From the IMG/VR virus record IMGVR_UViG_3300047561_000098, positions 1-25,731 of that record: 25,731 nucleotides of DNA; one strand, given 5' to 3'. Positions within the stretch are counted from its first letter, which is position 1. Every line of letters starts with the position of its first letter. Positions 6,205 through 16,184 of the stretch are shown one piece after another. The stretch comes from a virus (Duplodnaviria; Caudoviricetes). Below the pieces are notes generated by a model. The model was not told the origin of the DNA and did not search any database. It saw nothing but the letters and a program-made list of their open reading frames with translations. The translations under genes and the position numbers were made by a program.

Positions 6205-6442
6205 TAGGGTATTGGTTAGGCCAATCACCCGCAATTTGTCGGACATAATCTACGTCAACAACAAAGAGCCTTTCAATGAGGGAACGATTGTGGCGGCAGG
6301 CCCGATGGTGACTCAGGCGCAAGTTGGAGACTTTATCAAGTACGGGAACGGGGATTACCTTAACTGGCCTGTACACCGTATTGATGGACAAGATTATCAG
6401 ATCATTCAAGAAGCAGACATTTGCGCTGTTGTGGAAGTGTGA
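6185..6442 (+). CDS. groES: Co-chaperonin GroES-like protein
   Basis: AAGGA SD; MLKPLRDRVLV...GTIVAAGP...VGD...IIQEADICAVV. Confidence 0.88.
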   Translation: MLKPLRDRVLVRPITRNLSDIIYVNNKEPFNEGTIVAAGPMVTQAQVGDFIKYGNGDYLNWPVHRIDGQDYQIIQEADICAVVEV

Positions 6443-6503
6443 GTAGAATAAAAGCAAGGAAAACCACTTCATTAACCCTTTTGTAAAAAATAAAGGAAAT
6501 ATC

Positions 6504-6920
6504 ATGTCAAACTCAATTGCAACTGGCGTGGCATACGCTGACCCAGAATTCACCACTTGTTACGCAACCCAAGAAATTGGCTATTCGACCGCGGCCCAAG
6601 GCACAGTAACTCAGGCAACAGACAAGTCCACAGGCGTGACTTTGAACAAGTCTGCTGGTCGTATCACAATGAACAATGCATCATTAGCCGCAGGCGTTGC
6701 TGTGTCATTCATCCTGACCAACAGCACAATATCCATCAATGACGTACTGATTGTGAATGTTTCTAGTAACACCACTGGTAGCGCACTTGGCGTTTACACC
6801 ACTTACGTTTCATATCTGGCTGCGGGTTCTGCCTTAATCACATTGCGTAATCTGTCTGCTGCCACAGCTTATTCTGAAGCAGTGATCATTAACTTTGCAA
6901 TCATCCACGGTCAATCATAA
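6504..6920 (+). CDS. Putative virion structural / decoration protein
   Basis: Strong SD; T/S/A-rich beta-type sequence (VTQATDKSTGVTLNKSAGRITMN). Confidence 0.6.
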   Translation: MSNSIATGVAYADPEFTTCYATQEIGYSTAAQGTVTQATDKSTGVTLNKSAGRITMNNASLAAGVAVSFILTNSTISINDVLIVNVSSNTTGSALGVYTTYVSYLAAGSALITLRNLSAATAYSEAVIINFAIIHGQS

Positions 6921-7075
6921 TGCCGTTGATCAAATCAATGACTCCCAAGGCAATGAGTAAAAACATTGCCAAGGAGATGCAAGCAGGCAAGCCACAGCGT
7001 CAGGCCGTGGCGATTGCTTACAGCGTTAAGCGTGAGGCTGAAAAGGCCAAAAAAGCCAACCCCAAAAAGAAATGA
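6920..7075 (+). CDS. Small basic conserved phage protein, 51 aa (not in the ORF track)
   Basis: Manual translation MPLIKSMTPKAMSKNIAKEMQAGKPQRQAVAIAYSVKREAEKAKKANPKKK; TAATG and ATGA coupling on either side. Confidence 0.8.
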   Translation: MPLIKSMTPKAMSKNIAKEMQAGKPQRQAVAIAYSVKREAEKAKKANPKKK

Positions 7076-7488
7076 CAGAAACTGCCGATGTACCCGCAAA
7101 GCGTCCAGTTGGTCGCCCAAGCCTATATGACCCCGCATATTGCGAGACTGTCAGGGATTTAGGACGCATTGGCAAGTCTGTTGAGCAAATCTGCTATCAG
7201 CTTAATGTAAGTCTTAGAACCATTTACTTATGGCGCGATGCTCACGAAGAATTTCTACACGCCTTGGATGATGCGAAGACTTATGAGCAAGCATGGTGGG
7301 AAGAACAAGCCGCTGCTTACATGGTTGAGAACAAAGAAAGCGATAGGCTGAATTCAACATTGTGGTCAAGGTCAATGGCTGCAAGGTTTCCAAAGAAGTA
7401 TCGGGAAAGCACAAAGCAAGAAATCACGGGTGCAGATGGTGCGCCATTGCTTACAGGTATTCAGGTGACATTTGTAAAGCCTGAGTGA
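7072..7488 (+). CDS. terS: Terminase small subunit
   Basis: GRPSLYDP plus HTH N-terminus; EITGADGAPL C-terminus; located upstream of terL. Confidence 0.8.
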   Translation: MTETADVPAKRPVGRPSLYDPAYCETVRDLGRIGKSVEQICYQLNVSLRTIYLWRDAHEEFLHALDDAKTYEQAWWEEQAAAYMVENKESDRLNSTLWSRSMAARFPKKYRESTKQEITGADGAPLLTGIQVTFVKPE

Positions 7489-7590
7489 CAACACGCATGA
7501 GGATTGCGGTGGGCTAGACCGAAAGGGTACTACGCCGTAGACGGGGAGAGAAGAAGCCCTAGACCGTCTGAACAGTCTTCAGCCGTGTTG
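7489..7590 (+). ncRNA. Putative structured RNA element between terS and terL
   Basis: Closing stem CAACACG-CA-TGAGGATTG / CAGTCTTCA-GC-CGTGTTG enclosing nested helices. Confidence 0.5.
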
Positions 7591-7688
7591 GTATCAAGTA
7601 ACGAAACTGTACGCCAGATAGCTGATCAGGTGGGTCTGCAAACCTGTAGGTCGCAACGCTGGTCACCGACAACCTATAAGGAAATGAT

Positions 7689-8963
7689 TTGTCTGAAGTA
7701 GCCAGTGCCATTGCCAACGCTGAGTTTCCCATCAAGCTGCAAGGCTTATTTCAACCGTCCCGCTACAAGGTAGCCTACGGCGGCAGGGGCGGGGCTAAGT
7801 CATGGGGCATTGCTAGGGCATTGCTAATTAAAGGGGCGAAAGACTCAATCCGCATCCTGTGCGCCCGAGAGTTCCAGACCAGCATCAAGGATTCAGTTCA
7901 CAAGCTACTGTCAGACCAGATCGAAGCCCTTGGGTTGATGGGGTTCTATGAGATCACCCAGAATAGCATTAGAGCCAAGAACGGCACAGAGTTTGCCTTT
8001 GTTGGCCTTAGAAACAACGTAGCCAACATCAAATCCTATGAGGGTGTCGATATTGCATGGGTTGAGGAAGCACAGACTACCAGCCGATTAAGCTGGAACA
8101 TCCTAATACCTACCATTCGAAAGCAAGGTAGCGAGATATGGATTTCGTTTAACCCCGAGTTAGAAACAGACGAGACTTATCAGCGGTTTGTGCTTAAGCC
8201 GCCTGATGACTGCATCCAGATAAAGATCAACTGGTCAGACAATCCTTGGTTTCCCGAAACCTTGCGGCTGGAAAAGGATGCACTGAAAGAACGGGACGAG
8301 GAAGCCTATAACCAAGTCTGGGAGGGTTTGTGCCGCCAGACAGTGGATGGTGCAATCTTTGCCAAGGAAATGCAACAGGCCGAGAAAGAGGGGCGCATAA
8401 CCCGTGTAGCTTATGACGCAACCAAGCCAGTTCATGCGGTGTTTGACTTGGGCTGGTCAGACAGCACCGCTATCTGGTTCTTGCAGTTTGTGGGCATGGA
8501 GACCAGGCTAATCAGGTACATTGAGGACAGCCAGAAAACCATTAGCTACTATCTGGCAACCATGCAAACCTACGGGTATGTGTACGACACCATTTGGCTA
8601 CCGCATGACGCTGAGAATAAGACACTGGCAGCCGCTGGGCGGTCGATTGATGACATTGTGAGGGCGGCAGGGTACAAGACCCGCATTCTGCCTAAAGTGC
8701 CGATTGTGGACTCAATCAACGCCGCTAGAACGATATTCCCAAGCTGCTGGTTTGACCGTGAACACGCCGCCGATGGCCTAGCTTGCCTGCGCCACTACAG
8801 ATATGAGGTAGACGTAGACACAGGGCAATTCAGTAGAACACCGCTGCATGATCATTATTCGCATGGGGCTGACGCATTTAGGTACATTGCCCTTATGATT
8901 AAAGAGCCTGCAAAGCGCAAGAAACAAGAGCAGATTGCCAATGTTGGCAGTTGGATGGGATAA
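7689..8963 (+). CDS. terL: Terminase large subunit (PBSX/XtmB-like)
   Basis: YGGRGGAKS Walker A, WVEEA Walker B, FDLGWSD and HGADAFRY nuclease motifs; TTG start with TAAGGA SD. Confidence 0.95.
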   Translation: MSEVASAIANAEFPIKLQGLFQPSRYKVAYGGRGGAKSWGIARALLIKGAKDSIRILCAREFQTSIKDSVHKLLSDQIEALGLMGFYEITQNSIRAKNGTEFAFVGLRNNVANIKSYEGVDIAWVEEAQTTSRLSWNILIPTIRKQGSEIWISFNPELETDETYQRFVLKPPDDCIQIKINWSDNPWFPETLRLEKDALKERDEEAYNQVWEGLCRQTVDGAIFAKEMQQAEKEGRITRVAYDATKPVHAVFDLGWSDSTAIWFLQFVGMETRLIRYIEDSQKTISYYLATMQTYGYVYDTIWLPHDAENKTLAAAGRSIDDIVRAAGYKTRILPKVPIVDSINAARTIFPSCWFDREHAADGLACLRHYRYEVDVDTGQFSRTPLHDHYSHGADAFRYIALMIKEPAKRKKQEQIANVGSWMG

Positions 8964-8990
8964 TCCCCCAATGAGTACAAAGGGCTAAAA

Positions 8991-11156
8991 ATGTCTGACT
9001 ATCAAGCACAAACATCAAGTGCCGACACACGCATCAACGAAGCCATTAAGTTTTGGCGGCTGGTTAACGATGCTGACAGTAATAACCGAGCCGAGGCGCT
9101 GAACGATATTAAGTTTGCCGCTGGTGACCAATGGCCTGTTGAGATTCAAAACAGCCGAAACGTAGAAGCTAGGCCGTGCCTGACCATCAACAAGATTGAT
9201 GCCTACATTCGCCAAGTCACCAATCAGCAGCGCCAGCAGCGCCCCCGCCTTAAGGTACAAGCTGTTAATAACTTGGCTGATTACAAGGTTGCCCAAGTTA
9301 TTGAGGGCATCATGCGTCACATTGAGGTCAACTCCAATGCCGACACCGCCTATGACACCGCCTTTGACTATGCCGTGCGTATGGGTTGGGGCTACTGGCG
9401 CATCAATACCCGCTATACGAGTGAAGATTCGTTCGATCAAGAAATCTACATTGACACCATAGACAACCCGTTTACCGTGTACTTTGACCCCAATTCTGTG
9501 CTGCCTGATGGGTCAGATGCAGAGCGTTGCCTTATTACAACAGTGATGGACAAGAAAATATTTAGGGAACATTACCCTAATGCAGATGACGGGGCATCGT
9601 TTGCCCAACGGTCTACAGGGGATGACACCGCAAGCTGGGTGACCAAAGAAGATATTCGCCTTGCTGAATACTTCTATATTGAGCGTGAAAAAGCCAAACT
9701 GTATTTGCTGAGTGACGGGACAACACATTTTGCCGACTCCAATACTTTCTTTGAACGAGTAGAAGCCGCAAAGTTGACGGTGCTTGACCAGCGGGAATCG
9801 TTCCGCAAGGCCGTTAAATGGGTCAAGATGACCGCAATGGAGATTATTGAGGAGAAGACATGGGCGGGTAAATATATCCCCGTTGTGCCTTGCTACGGGG
9901 CTCAGGTCATTGTGGACGATAAGCGCAAGAAATACGGTTTGGTGCGGTTTGCAAAAGACCCGCAGCGTATGTACAACTTCTGGCGCACCAGCATGACCGA
10001 GAGCATTGCCCTTGCACCTAAAGCCAAATGGCTGCTGGCTGAAGGTCAAGACGAGGGTCACGAAAGCGAATGGGCGCTGGCTAACATCAAATCAAGCCCT
10101 GTGTTGCGCTATAAGCAAAAAGACATTGACGGCGCACCAGCCCCTATCCCGCAGCGTCTACAGCCTGAGCCGCCACCTATGGGCATCATGGAAGCCGCTG
10201 GCGCAATCTCTGCTGATTTGCAGATGGTGCTGGGTATCCTTGACCCTAATCAGTTGCCAAGCGGCAATATATCGGGCAAAGCCTTGGCTGGTCAGCAAAA
10301 TCAAGTTGATCTGTCTAACTTCCACTTTTACGACAATATGACCCGTTCCATTCGGCACACGGGCAAGATCATTCTTGATTTAGTCCCCAAAATCTACGAT
10401 ACCCAGCGGGTAATGCGGATCATTGGCAGCGATGGTCAGCCGAGCATGGAGACTATCAACGAGCAGAAAACCACAGATGATGGCATTCAAACGGTGCTCA
10501 ATGATGTGACGGTGGGCGAATATGACGTAGTGATGGACACAGGACCAGGCTTTATGACCAAGCGCCAGCAAGCCGTTGATGCATTGATGCCGCTGATGGC
10601 AAAGCCTGAATTGTTCAATGTGGCGGGTGATTTGGTGTTTAGGAATATGGATTTCCCTGGCGCTGATGTGATTGCCGACCGCCTTGCCGCTATGAATCCG
10701 CTGGCGCAGATTGATGAGAAATCAGATGTGCCGCCGCAAGTGCAGATGGAACTGGCACAGGCCAAGAAAACCGTGCAAGATATGCAAAACCAGATGGCAG
10801 CGATGCAACTGGCGATGCAACAACGTGCCGACATTGAGCAAGTCAAGCAAGATTCTGAGACCAAGCGGGAACTCATGCGCCAGACCGCCAAAGCGCACAA
10901 CACCGAAACAATGGCAGAAGTTAAAGTCAATGATCAGAACACCCGTGCCATTACCAGCCAGAACAAGACTGAGATTGAGGCGATTGTTCAACTGTTGTTG
11001 CACCGCATGGACACTAGCCGTTTGACTGAAGAAATTGACCGTAGAAATGCCGAGCAGAATCAGTATGCACAGTTTGCCGCCCAAGATATTGACATGGGAC
11101 AAAGCCCATTACTTGAGCCGCAACAGCCGCAAGGCGCACCGCCAATGGCACAGTGA
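8991..11156 (+). CDS. P22-like portal protein
   Basis: 721 aa; GDQWP, RPCLTINKI, AKDPQRMYN, SGKA motifs; long C-terminal coiled coil (barrel). Confidence 0.93.
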   Translation: MSDYQAQTSSADTRINEAIKFWRLVNDADSNNRAEALNDIKFAAGDQWPVEIQNSRNVEARPCLTINKIDAYIRQVTNQQRQQRPRLKVQAVNNLADYKVAQVIEGIMRHIEVNSNADTAYDTAFDYAVRMGWGYWRINTRYTSEDSFDQEIYIDTIDNPFTVYFDPNSVLPDGSDAERCLITTVMDKKIFREHYPNADDGASFAQRSTGDDTASWVTKEDIRLAEYFYIEREKAKLYLLSDGTTHFADSNTFFERVEAAKLTVLDQRESFRKAVKWVKMTAMEIIEEKTWAGKYIPVVPCYGAQVIVDDKRKKYGLVRFAKDPQRMYNFWRTSMTESIALAPKAKWLLAEGQDEGHESEWALANIKSSPVLRYKQKDIDGAPAPIPQRLQPEPPPMGIMEAAGAISADLQMVLGILDPNQLPSGNISGKALAGQQNQVDLSNFHFYDNMTRSIRHTGKIILDLVPKIYDTQRVMRIIGSDGQPSMETINEQKTTDDGIQTVLNDVTVGEYDVVMDTGPGFMTKRQQAVDALMPLMAKPELFNVAGDLVFRNMDFPGADVIADRLAAMNPLAQIDEKSDVPPQVQMELAQAKKTVQDMQNQMAAMQLAMQQRADIEQVKQDSETKRELMRQTAKAHNTETMAEVKVNDQNTRAITSQNKTEIEAIVQLLLHRMDTSRLTEEIDRRNAEQNQYAQFAAQDIDMGQSPLLEPQQPQGAPPMAQ

Positions 11157-11237
11157 TTGACGAATACATGATTTCGTGGTAAAAACCACAAAACCTTACC
11201 AGTTGGGTCAACTGGGTTAATTCTTAGGATCAAACCT
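11157..11237 (+). promoter_or_regulatory. Possible internal promoter and hairpin leader of the scaffold gene
   Basis: TTGACG-17 nt-TAAAAA; hairpins GTGGT/ACCAC and CCAGTTG-GGT-CAACTGG ahead of the SD. Confidence 0.4.
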
Positions 11238-12140
11238 ATGTCAGAAGTACAGGAAGCACCACAAGTGCAACCAAGGCAAGCACAAACGGTGCTTACCAGT
11301 GAGAACATGGCTGAATTCACCGCCAAGAGGCTTGGGTTAGCTGATACAAGCGAGGCTGCACCAGCAGAGCCGCACAATCAGAGTGAGCCAACCGAGAGCG
11401 AGAAAGAGGCAACAGCGGTAGAGGATCGAAAACAGAATCCTAAGTTGGAGAAAAGGTTTTCAGAGATCACCAAGCAGCGTGAAGATGCGCGTAAAGAAGC
11501 GCAACAAGAACGTGAAGCTAGGCAATCACTGGAAGCAAAGTTGCGGGATTATGAGGAAAAAGCAAAGCCTAAAGCCGAGCAAGTAACCGAAGATGAACCG
11601 CAGCCAGAGCAGTTCTCCGATATGTATGAATACGCTAAAGCGTTGACAGACTATCGAGTAGATCAGCGATGGAAAGATGAAAAGCAAAAGGAAGTGCAGG
11701 CAAAGGTTCAAGCCGAACGAGACCAATTGATAAACACTTGGGCAAAGCGGGTTGACTCTGCAAAGAGCGAGATACCAGATTTTGAAGCAATGGTTGGTTC
11801 TGCTGATGTTGTTGTGAGCAACGAAGTGCGGGACGCAATATTTGAATCAGAAGTTGGCCCTCGTATCCTGTACCACTTGGCTGAAAATCCAGACATAGCT
11901 GAACAACTGCAAGGCATGACTTTGACAAGAGCCTTGGCTACAATTGGGAAACTGGAAGCAAAGTTTGAAAAGACTGAGCCTCAGACAAAGCCTACTGTTG
12001 GAAGAAGTAAAGCGCCAGCGCCGATCAACCCAATCAAAGCGTCTGCAAACGGGCCAGTTACAGAACTTGACTCAAACCGTCAATTTCATGGCAACTATCA
12101 GGCTTGGAAAGCAGCACGACTTGCAGGGCGAATCCGCTGA
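11238..12140 (+). CDS. Capsid scaffolding protein
   Basis: Between portal and coat; charged coiled coil; GPRILYHLAENP motif. Confidence 0.85.
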   Translation: MSEVQEAPQVQPRQAQTVLTSENMAEFTAKRLGLADTSEAAPAEPHNQSEPTESEKEATAVEDRKQNPKLEKRFSEITKQREDARKEAQQEREARQSLEAKLRDYEEKAKPKAEQVTEDEPQPEQFSDMYEYAKALTDYRVDQRWKDEKQKEVQAKVQAERDQLINTWAKRVDSAKSEIPDFEAMVGSADVVVSNEVRDAIFESEVGPRILYHLAENPDIAEQLQGMTLTRALATIGKLEAKFEKTEPQTKPTVGRSKAPAPINPIKASANGPVTELDSNRQFHGNYQAWKAARLAGRIR

Positions 12141-12168
12141 CAACCCAAATCTTTTATAAGGAAATGAA

Positions 12169-13389
12169 ATGAGCAACAATCTGCTTACCATCTCCATGAT
12201 CACCAACGAAGCGTTGATGGTTTTGGAAAACGAGTTGACTTTCTCCTCTGAAGTCATGCGTAACTATGATGATCAATTCGCCGTTACTGGCGCAAAGATT
12301 GGCGCAACTTTGAACGTTCGCCGCCCTGGTCGTTTTATCGGTACATCTGGCCCTGCGCTGAATGTCGAAGATTTCAACGAAACCAGCACCCCCGTTACAT
12401 TGTCAACACAATTCCACGTTGACACCCAGTTCACTACTCAGGACTTGGCACTGTCTTTGGATATGTTCTCTGACCGTGTATTGAAGCCTGCTGTAGCTGC
12501 CATAGCCAACAAAATTGACTTTGACGGCACAACAATGGCAAAACTGAACACTGCCAACATCGTTGGTACTGCTGGCACACCTCCTACATCACTGTTGACA
12601 TACCTGACCGCCCAAGCCTACTTGGACGCAGAGGGTGCGCCTCGTGATGGTCGCCGTTCATGCATTATTGAGCCGTTCACTGGCGCAACAATCGTAGATA
12701 GCTTGAAAGGTCTGTTTGTGCCTAACACAACCATTGGAATGCAATATTCCAAAGGCATGATGGGTCGTGACTCTGCTGGCATGAATTGGAAGATGGATCA
12801 GAACATTTCTGCTCAAACTTTTGGTTCTTATGCTGGTACAGCAACCATCAACACAAGCACCGACACTGGCATTTTGACTTCTGGTTGGGCGCAAACTTCT
12901 GCACTTACCCTGTCAAAAACTGGCACATTCACCCCTAACGTTGGTGACACTTTCACCATCGCTAACGTGTATGCCGTCAACCCCCAGAACCGTCAAGCCT
13001 ACGGTAGCAACAAGCTGCGTAATTTTGTCATCACTGCTATCAGTGGTAATGCCGTTACTGTTAGCCCTGCTGTTATCTCTGCTGGTCAGTTCCAAAACGT
13101 GTCCATCACAAGCCCTGGCGCTTCTGCTGTAACCCCGTTCAACGCTACTGGCGCAGTGTCACCGCAAAACATCGTTATGCACAAAAACGCTTTCACATTG
13201 GCTACTGCCGATTTGGAATTGCCTGATGGTGTGCATTTTGCTGGTCGTGCGAGCGATAAAGACTTGGGCTTGTCAATGCGTATTGTTCGCCAATACACAA
13301 TTAACAACGATTCGATCCCGACTCGTGTTGATGTGCTGTATGGCTGGGCCCCGCTGTACCCCGAATTGGCTTGCCGAGTGGCTTCCTAA
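12169..13389 (+). CDS. Major capsid protein (P22 coat/gp5-like)
   Basis: MSNNLLTISMITNEALMVLEN...RVDVLYGW; size and synteny. Confidence 0.93.
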   Translation: MSNNLLTISMITNEALMVLENELTFSSEVMRNYDDQFAVTGAKIGATLNVRRPGRFIGTSGPALNVEDFNETSTPVTLSTQFHVDTQFTTQDLALSLDMFSDRVLKPAVAAIANKIDFDGTTMAKLNTANIVGTAGTPPTSLLTYLTAQAYLDAEGAPRDGRRSCIIEPFTGATIVDSLKGLFVPNTTIGMQYSKGMMGRDSAGMNWKMDQNISAQTFGSYAGTATINTSTDTGILTSGWAQTSALTLSKTGTFTPNVGDTFTIANVYAVNPQNRQAYGSNKLRNFVITAISGNAVTVSPAVISAGQFQNVSITSPGASAVTPFNATGAVSPQNIVMHKNAFTLATADLELPDGVHFAGRASDKDLGLSMRIVRQYTINNDSIPTRVDVLYGWAPLYPELACRVAS

Positions 13390-13416
13390 TCAACCCATTA
13401 AAAAAGGAAATTAATC

Positions 13417-13839
13417 ATGGCTAATCCAGGCGCAGCAAGCACCACCACTAACCACCCATCGAATCTTGCAACCAACCAAGCAATTCGCTTGATTGCCTCT
13501 GCACAATCGGTGAACCTTAACAGCGTAGGCGATACCGTTGCACAAATCCTAGTTTCAGGACGTGTCAGCGTTGCCTATGTGTTGTTGAGCAATGCAAGCA
13601 CCAGCTTGACCACAGCAGCATTTGCGGTTTATACCCTGCCTGCCGCTGGCGGTACTGCTGTACTGTCTGCAACTACTCCCACAGGCGCTACTACAGCAGC
13701 TAAGGTTGTGAACACCGCAGCATCTTCAACCGATGTGATTACAGGCCAATACTTGTACATTCGCAACACCACAGCGCAAGCCGCTGCCGCAACCGCTGAT
13801 ATTTTCATCTACGGTTACGACCTGACTTTCCTGCCTTAA
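13417..13839 (+). CDS. Putative capsid decoration / structural protein
   Basis: Directly after coat and before the terminator; A/T/S-rich; strong SD. Confidence 0.6.
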   Translation: MANPGAASTTTNHPSNLATNQAIRLIASAQSVNLNSVGDTVAQILVSGRVSVAYVLLSNASTSLTTAAFAVYTLPAAGGTAVLSATTPTGATTAAKVVNTAASSTDVITGQYLYIRNTTAQAAAATADIFIYGYDLTFLP

Positions 13840-13856
13840 TCGGCATGAAGTAAATG

Positions 13857-13893
13857 AAAGAGCCGCCCTCAAAAGGGGTGGCTTTTTCTGTTT
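13857..13893 (+). terminator. Intrinsic terminator after the capsid genes
   Basis: AAAGAGCCGCCC-TCAAAAG-GGGTGGCTTTTT followed by CTGTTTT. Confidence 0.8.
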
Positions 13894-13928
13894 TGAAGCA
13901 TATAATTTGATGAACTGAAAGGACAACC

Positions 13929-14195
13929 ATGTCTAGCAATTACGCACAAATTTCGGCAACTACCCTGATTAAACAGCAAGCAGGCAAGATCAAAGGTATT
14001 TTCTTCAGCGCAGCATCTGCAACACCCACAATTGCAATTTACGATGCTCAAACTGCCAGCACTAGCGTCAAAGTCATTGATACTTTTACCCCTGTTGCAG
14101 CAACAAACTACAATTTTTTGGATGGCATTACTACTGAAAACGGCATTTATGTTGTGATTGGCGGTACTGTAAGCTGCACGGTTTACTACGAATAA
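13929..14195 (+). CDS. Hypothetical virion protein
   Basis: AAAGGA SD; beta-rich, 88 aa. Confidence 0.7.
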   Translation: MSSNYAQISATTLIKQQAGKIKGIFFSAASATPTIAIYDAQTASTSVKVIDTFTPVAATNYNFLDGITTENGIYVVIGGTVSCTVYYE

Positions 14196-14220
14196 ACTTC
14201 AAAAGTTTTAAGGAAAAAAT

Positions 14221-16182
14221 ATGGCTGTCAATCTTTCAATGCTGGCGGGGGTGGGGGCGCAATTTTTTGATAACAACGGCATTCCTTTGGCGGGTGGATT
14301 AATTTATACCTACGCCGCAGGAACTAATACACCTCAAGCTACATACACAACCAGTGCAGGATCAATAGCACACGCTAATCCGATTGTGCTTGATTCTGCT
14401 GGTCGTACTCCATCAGGTGGGGAGATTTGGCTAACTGATGCTGTTGCATATAAGTTTGTTTTAAAAACAGCAACATCTACCACCATTGGAACGTATGACA
14501 ACGTAACTGGCAATTCAAGCGGTATTTATGCGGCTTTTGCGGCATCGTCTGGTTCGTCTTTGGTGGGGTTTATTCAAACAGGCACAGGTGCTACAGCTAC
14601 TACGGTACAAGCTAGGTTACGTCAAACTGTAAGCGTTAAAGATTTTGGTGCTGTTGGTGACGGTACAACTGATGACACTACTGCAATTACAAATGCAATA
14701 GCTGCAACTCCTGTAGGGGGACAACTTTATTTTCCAACTGGAACATACAAACTTACATCAGAAATTGTCATTCAAAAATCAATAACTTTAAATGGTGACA
14801 TAGGAAGATACGGCGATCTATTTGATGCAGATTGGACAGCTACGGGTGGTGGCACAGTCATTTATCAAACTTCATTAACAGCTAATGCAATTAGAGTTGA
14901 AAATGCTTCTAGTTCACAAAACATAATTTTCCAAGCCACTAATTTGGTAATTAGGGGTGCGTATGTTTCGCCTGGTGGTTCATCCAGCGGCAGTGGTTTG
15001 GTGTTAAAAAATACCTACGCATCAGCGCTACATTTTATTTTACGAAATGTTCAAGTTGGCGAAACACACGACTATGGCATTCGTGTAACAGGGCAAGTAT
15101 ATGGATGCCGAGCAGATAACGTAGGCACTTATTGGACAGGGAAAAATGGCATTTTGATTGATGCTGCACCAACTGGCACAGCAGCTTCTGAAATGCTTTG
15201 GTCTAATACTCGCGTATTTAACGCAGGAAAAAATGGCACAACTGTTTCAGAACAAATAGGATTACTTGTAAATAAACCTATTGGAAGTGGTATTAGATTT
15301 GAACAACTTATATGCTCTGTTAACAACGGCCCTGCGGCTAGATTTATTGGTGAAGTACAAGTAGATGGGATGTTGTGCGAGTCAAATGACCGTGTTACAG
15401 GCAATAACTATTACATTGGAATTGGAGATAATGCAGCGTCATCAACGTCTATTATTATTCGTGATTTAACTATATTGTTGACGGCAAATAGCCCAAGTGC
15501 GTTAGGTTACGAGGGAAATGTTTTATATTGTGAAGCTGCTGTAGGAAACCAAACTAGGCAAGTGCTAATAGACGGGGTTCGTTTTAATGGCGAGATTAGA
15601 AATAATGTTGGCTATCACGTTAAAAACACAAGTAATCAAATATTAAGCTATACGTTAACAAACGTAAGTTTGGAAACTGAGAGTGCGCTTTTAGTTGATG
15701 ATAGTTCAGCATATTCAATAATTAACCAATGGAATGCTACATCGGCATTTTCTGCGTATTTAAGCGCAGGTGGTACAGATGTAACTGGTGATGGCACAGT
15801 TTACACTCCCGTATGGGACGCTGAAAGTTATGACAGCGAAGGTGTATTTTCTACATCAACGGGAAAGTTTACTTGTAGATCAGCAGGAAACTATCAATTT
15901 AATGTTGCTTTTCAATTAACTGGAATTGATACCGGTCAAGACCGAGGGTTTATTTATTTAAGAAAAAATGCATCGACTCTTATTGCTCAAGTATTGTTGC
16001 CAAGTATTGTTGCAATTAAATCTGGAACAAGTCGTGCCAATATTTTGAGTACATTTAATGTTGCGTTGGCGCGTGGTGATACGGTTTATGTTGAACTTGA
16101 AGTTGGTGGCGGTAGTAAAACTCTAGATATTGCTGGCACTGCAACAAACGCAACTTATTTTGCTGGTAGTCGTATTTATTAA
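14221..16182 (+). CDS. Tailspike / receptor-binding protein: N-terminal anchor, pectate-lyase-3-like beta-helix, C1q-like C-terminus
   Basis: QFFDNNGIPLAGG..NPIVLDSAGR anchor; VSVKDFGAVGDGTTDDT motif; FSAY..GKFTC..GNYQFN..LARGDTVYV..TYFAG C1q-like pattern. Confidence 0.85.
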   Translation: MAVNLSMLAGVGAQFFDNNGIPLAGGLIYTYAAGTNTPQATYTTSAGSIAHANPIVLDSAGRTPSGGEIWLTDAVAYKFVLKTATSTTIGTYDNVTGNSSGIYAAFAASSGSSLVGFIQTGTGATATTVQARLRQTVSVKDFGAVGDGTTDDTTAITNAIAATPVGGQLYFPTGTYKLTSEIVIQKSITLNGDIGRYGDLFDADWTATGGGTVIYQTSLTANAIRVENASSSQNIIFQATNLVIRGAYVSPGGSSSGSGLVLKNTYASALHFILRNVQVGETHDYGIRVTGQVYGCRADNVGTYWTGKNGILIDAAPTGTAASEMLWSNTRVFNAGKNGTTVSEQIGLLVNKPIGSGIRFEQLICSVNNGPAARFIGEVQVDGMLCESNDRVTGNNYYIGIGDNAASSTSIIIRDLTILLTANSPSALGYEGNVLYCEAAVGNQTRQVLIDGVRFNGEIRNNVGYHVKNTSNQILSYTLTNVSLETESALLVDDSSAYSIINQWNATSAFSAYLSAGGTDVTGDGTVYTPVWDAESYDSEGVFSTSTGKFTCRSAGNYQFNVAFQLTGIDTGQDRGFIYLRKNASTLIAQVLLPSIVAIKSGTSRANILSTFNVALARGDTVYVELEVGGGSKTLDIAGTATNATYFAGSRIY

Positions 16183-16184
16183 AA

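Noticed and set aside
7610-7680. tRNA-Cys-like CTGCAAA loop, and hammerhead-like CGAAAC/CTGATCA words nearby
   Set aside because: No TTCGA T-loop, acceptor stem or proper anticodon arm; the hammerhead core CUGANGA and its stems are not satisfied.
7504-7701. 65-aa ORF between terS and terL
   Set aside because: TTG start without a convincing SD, no recognisable motif, and it coincides with the paired region.
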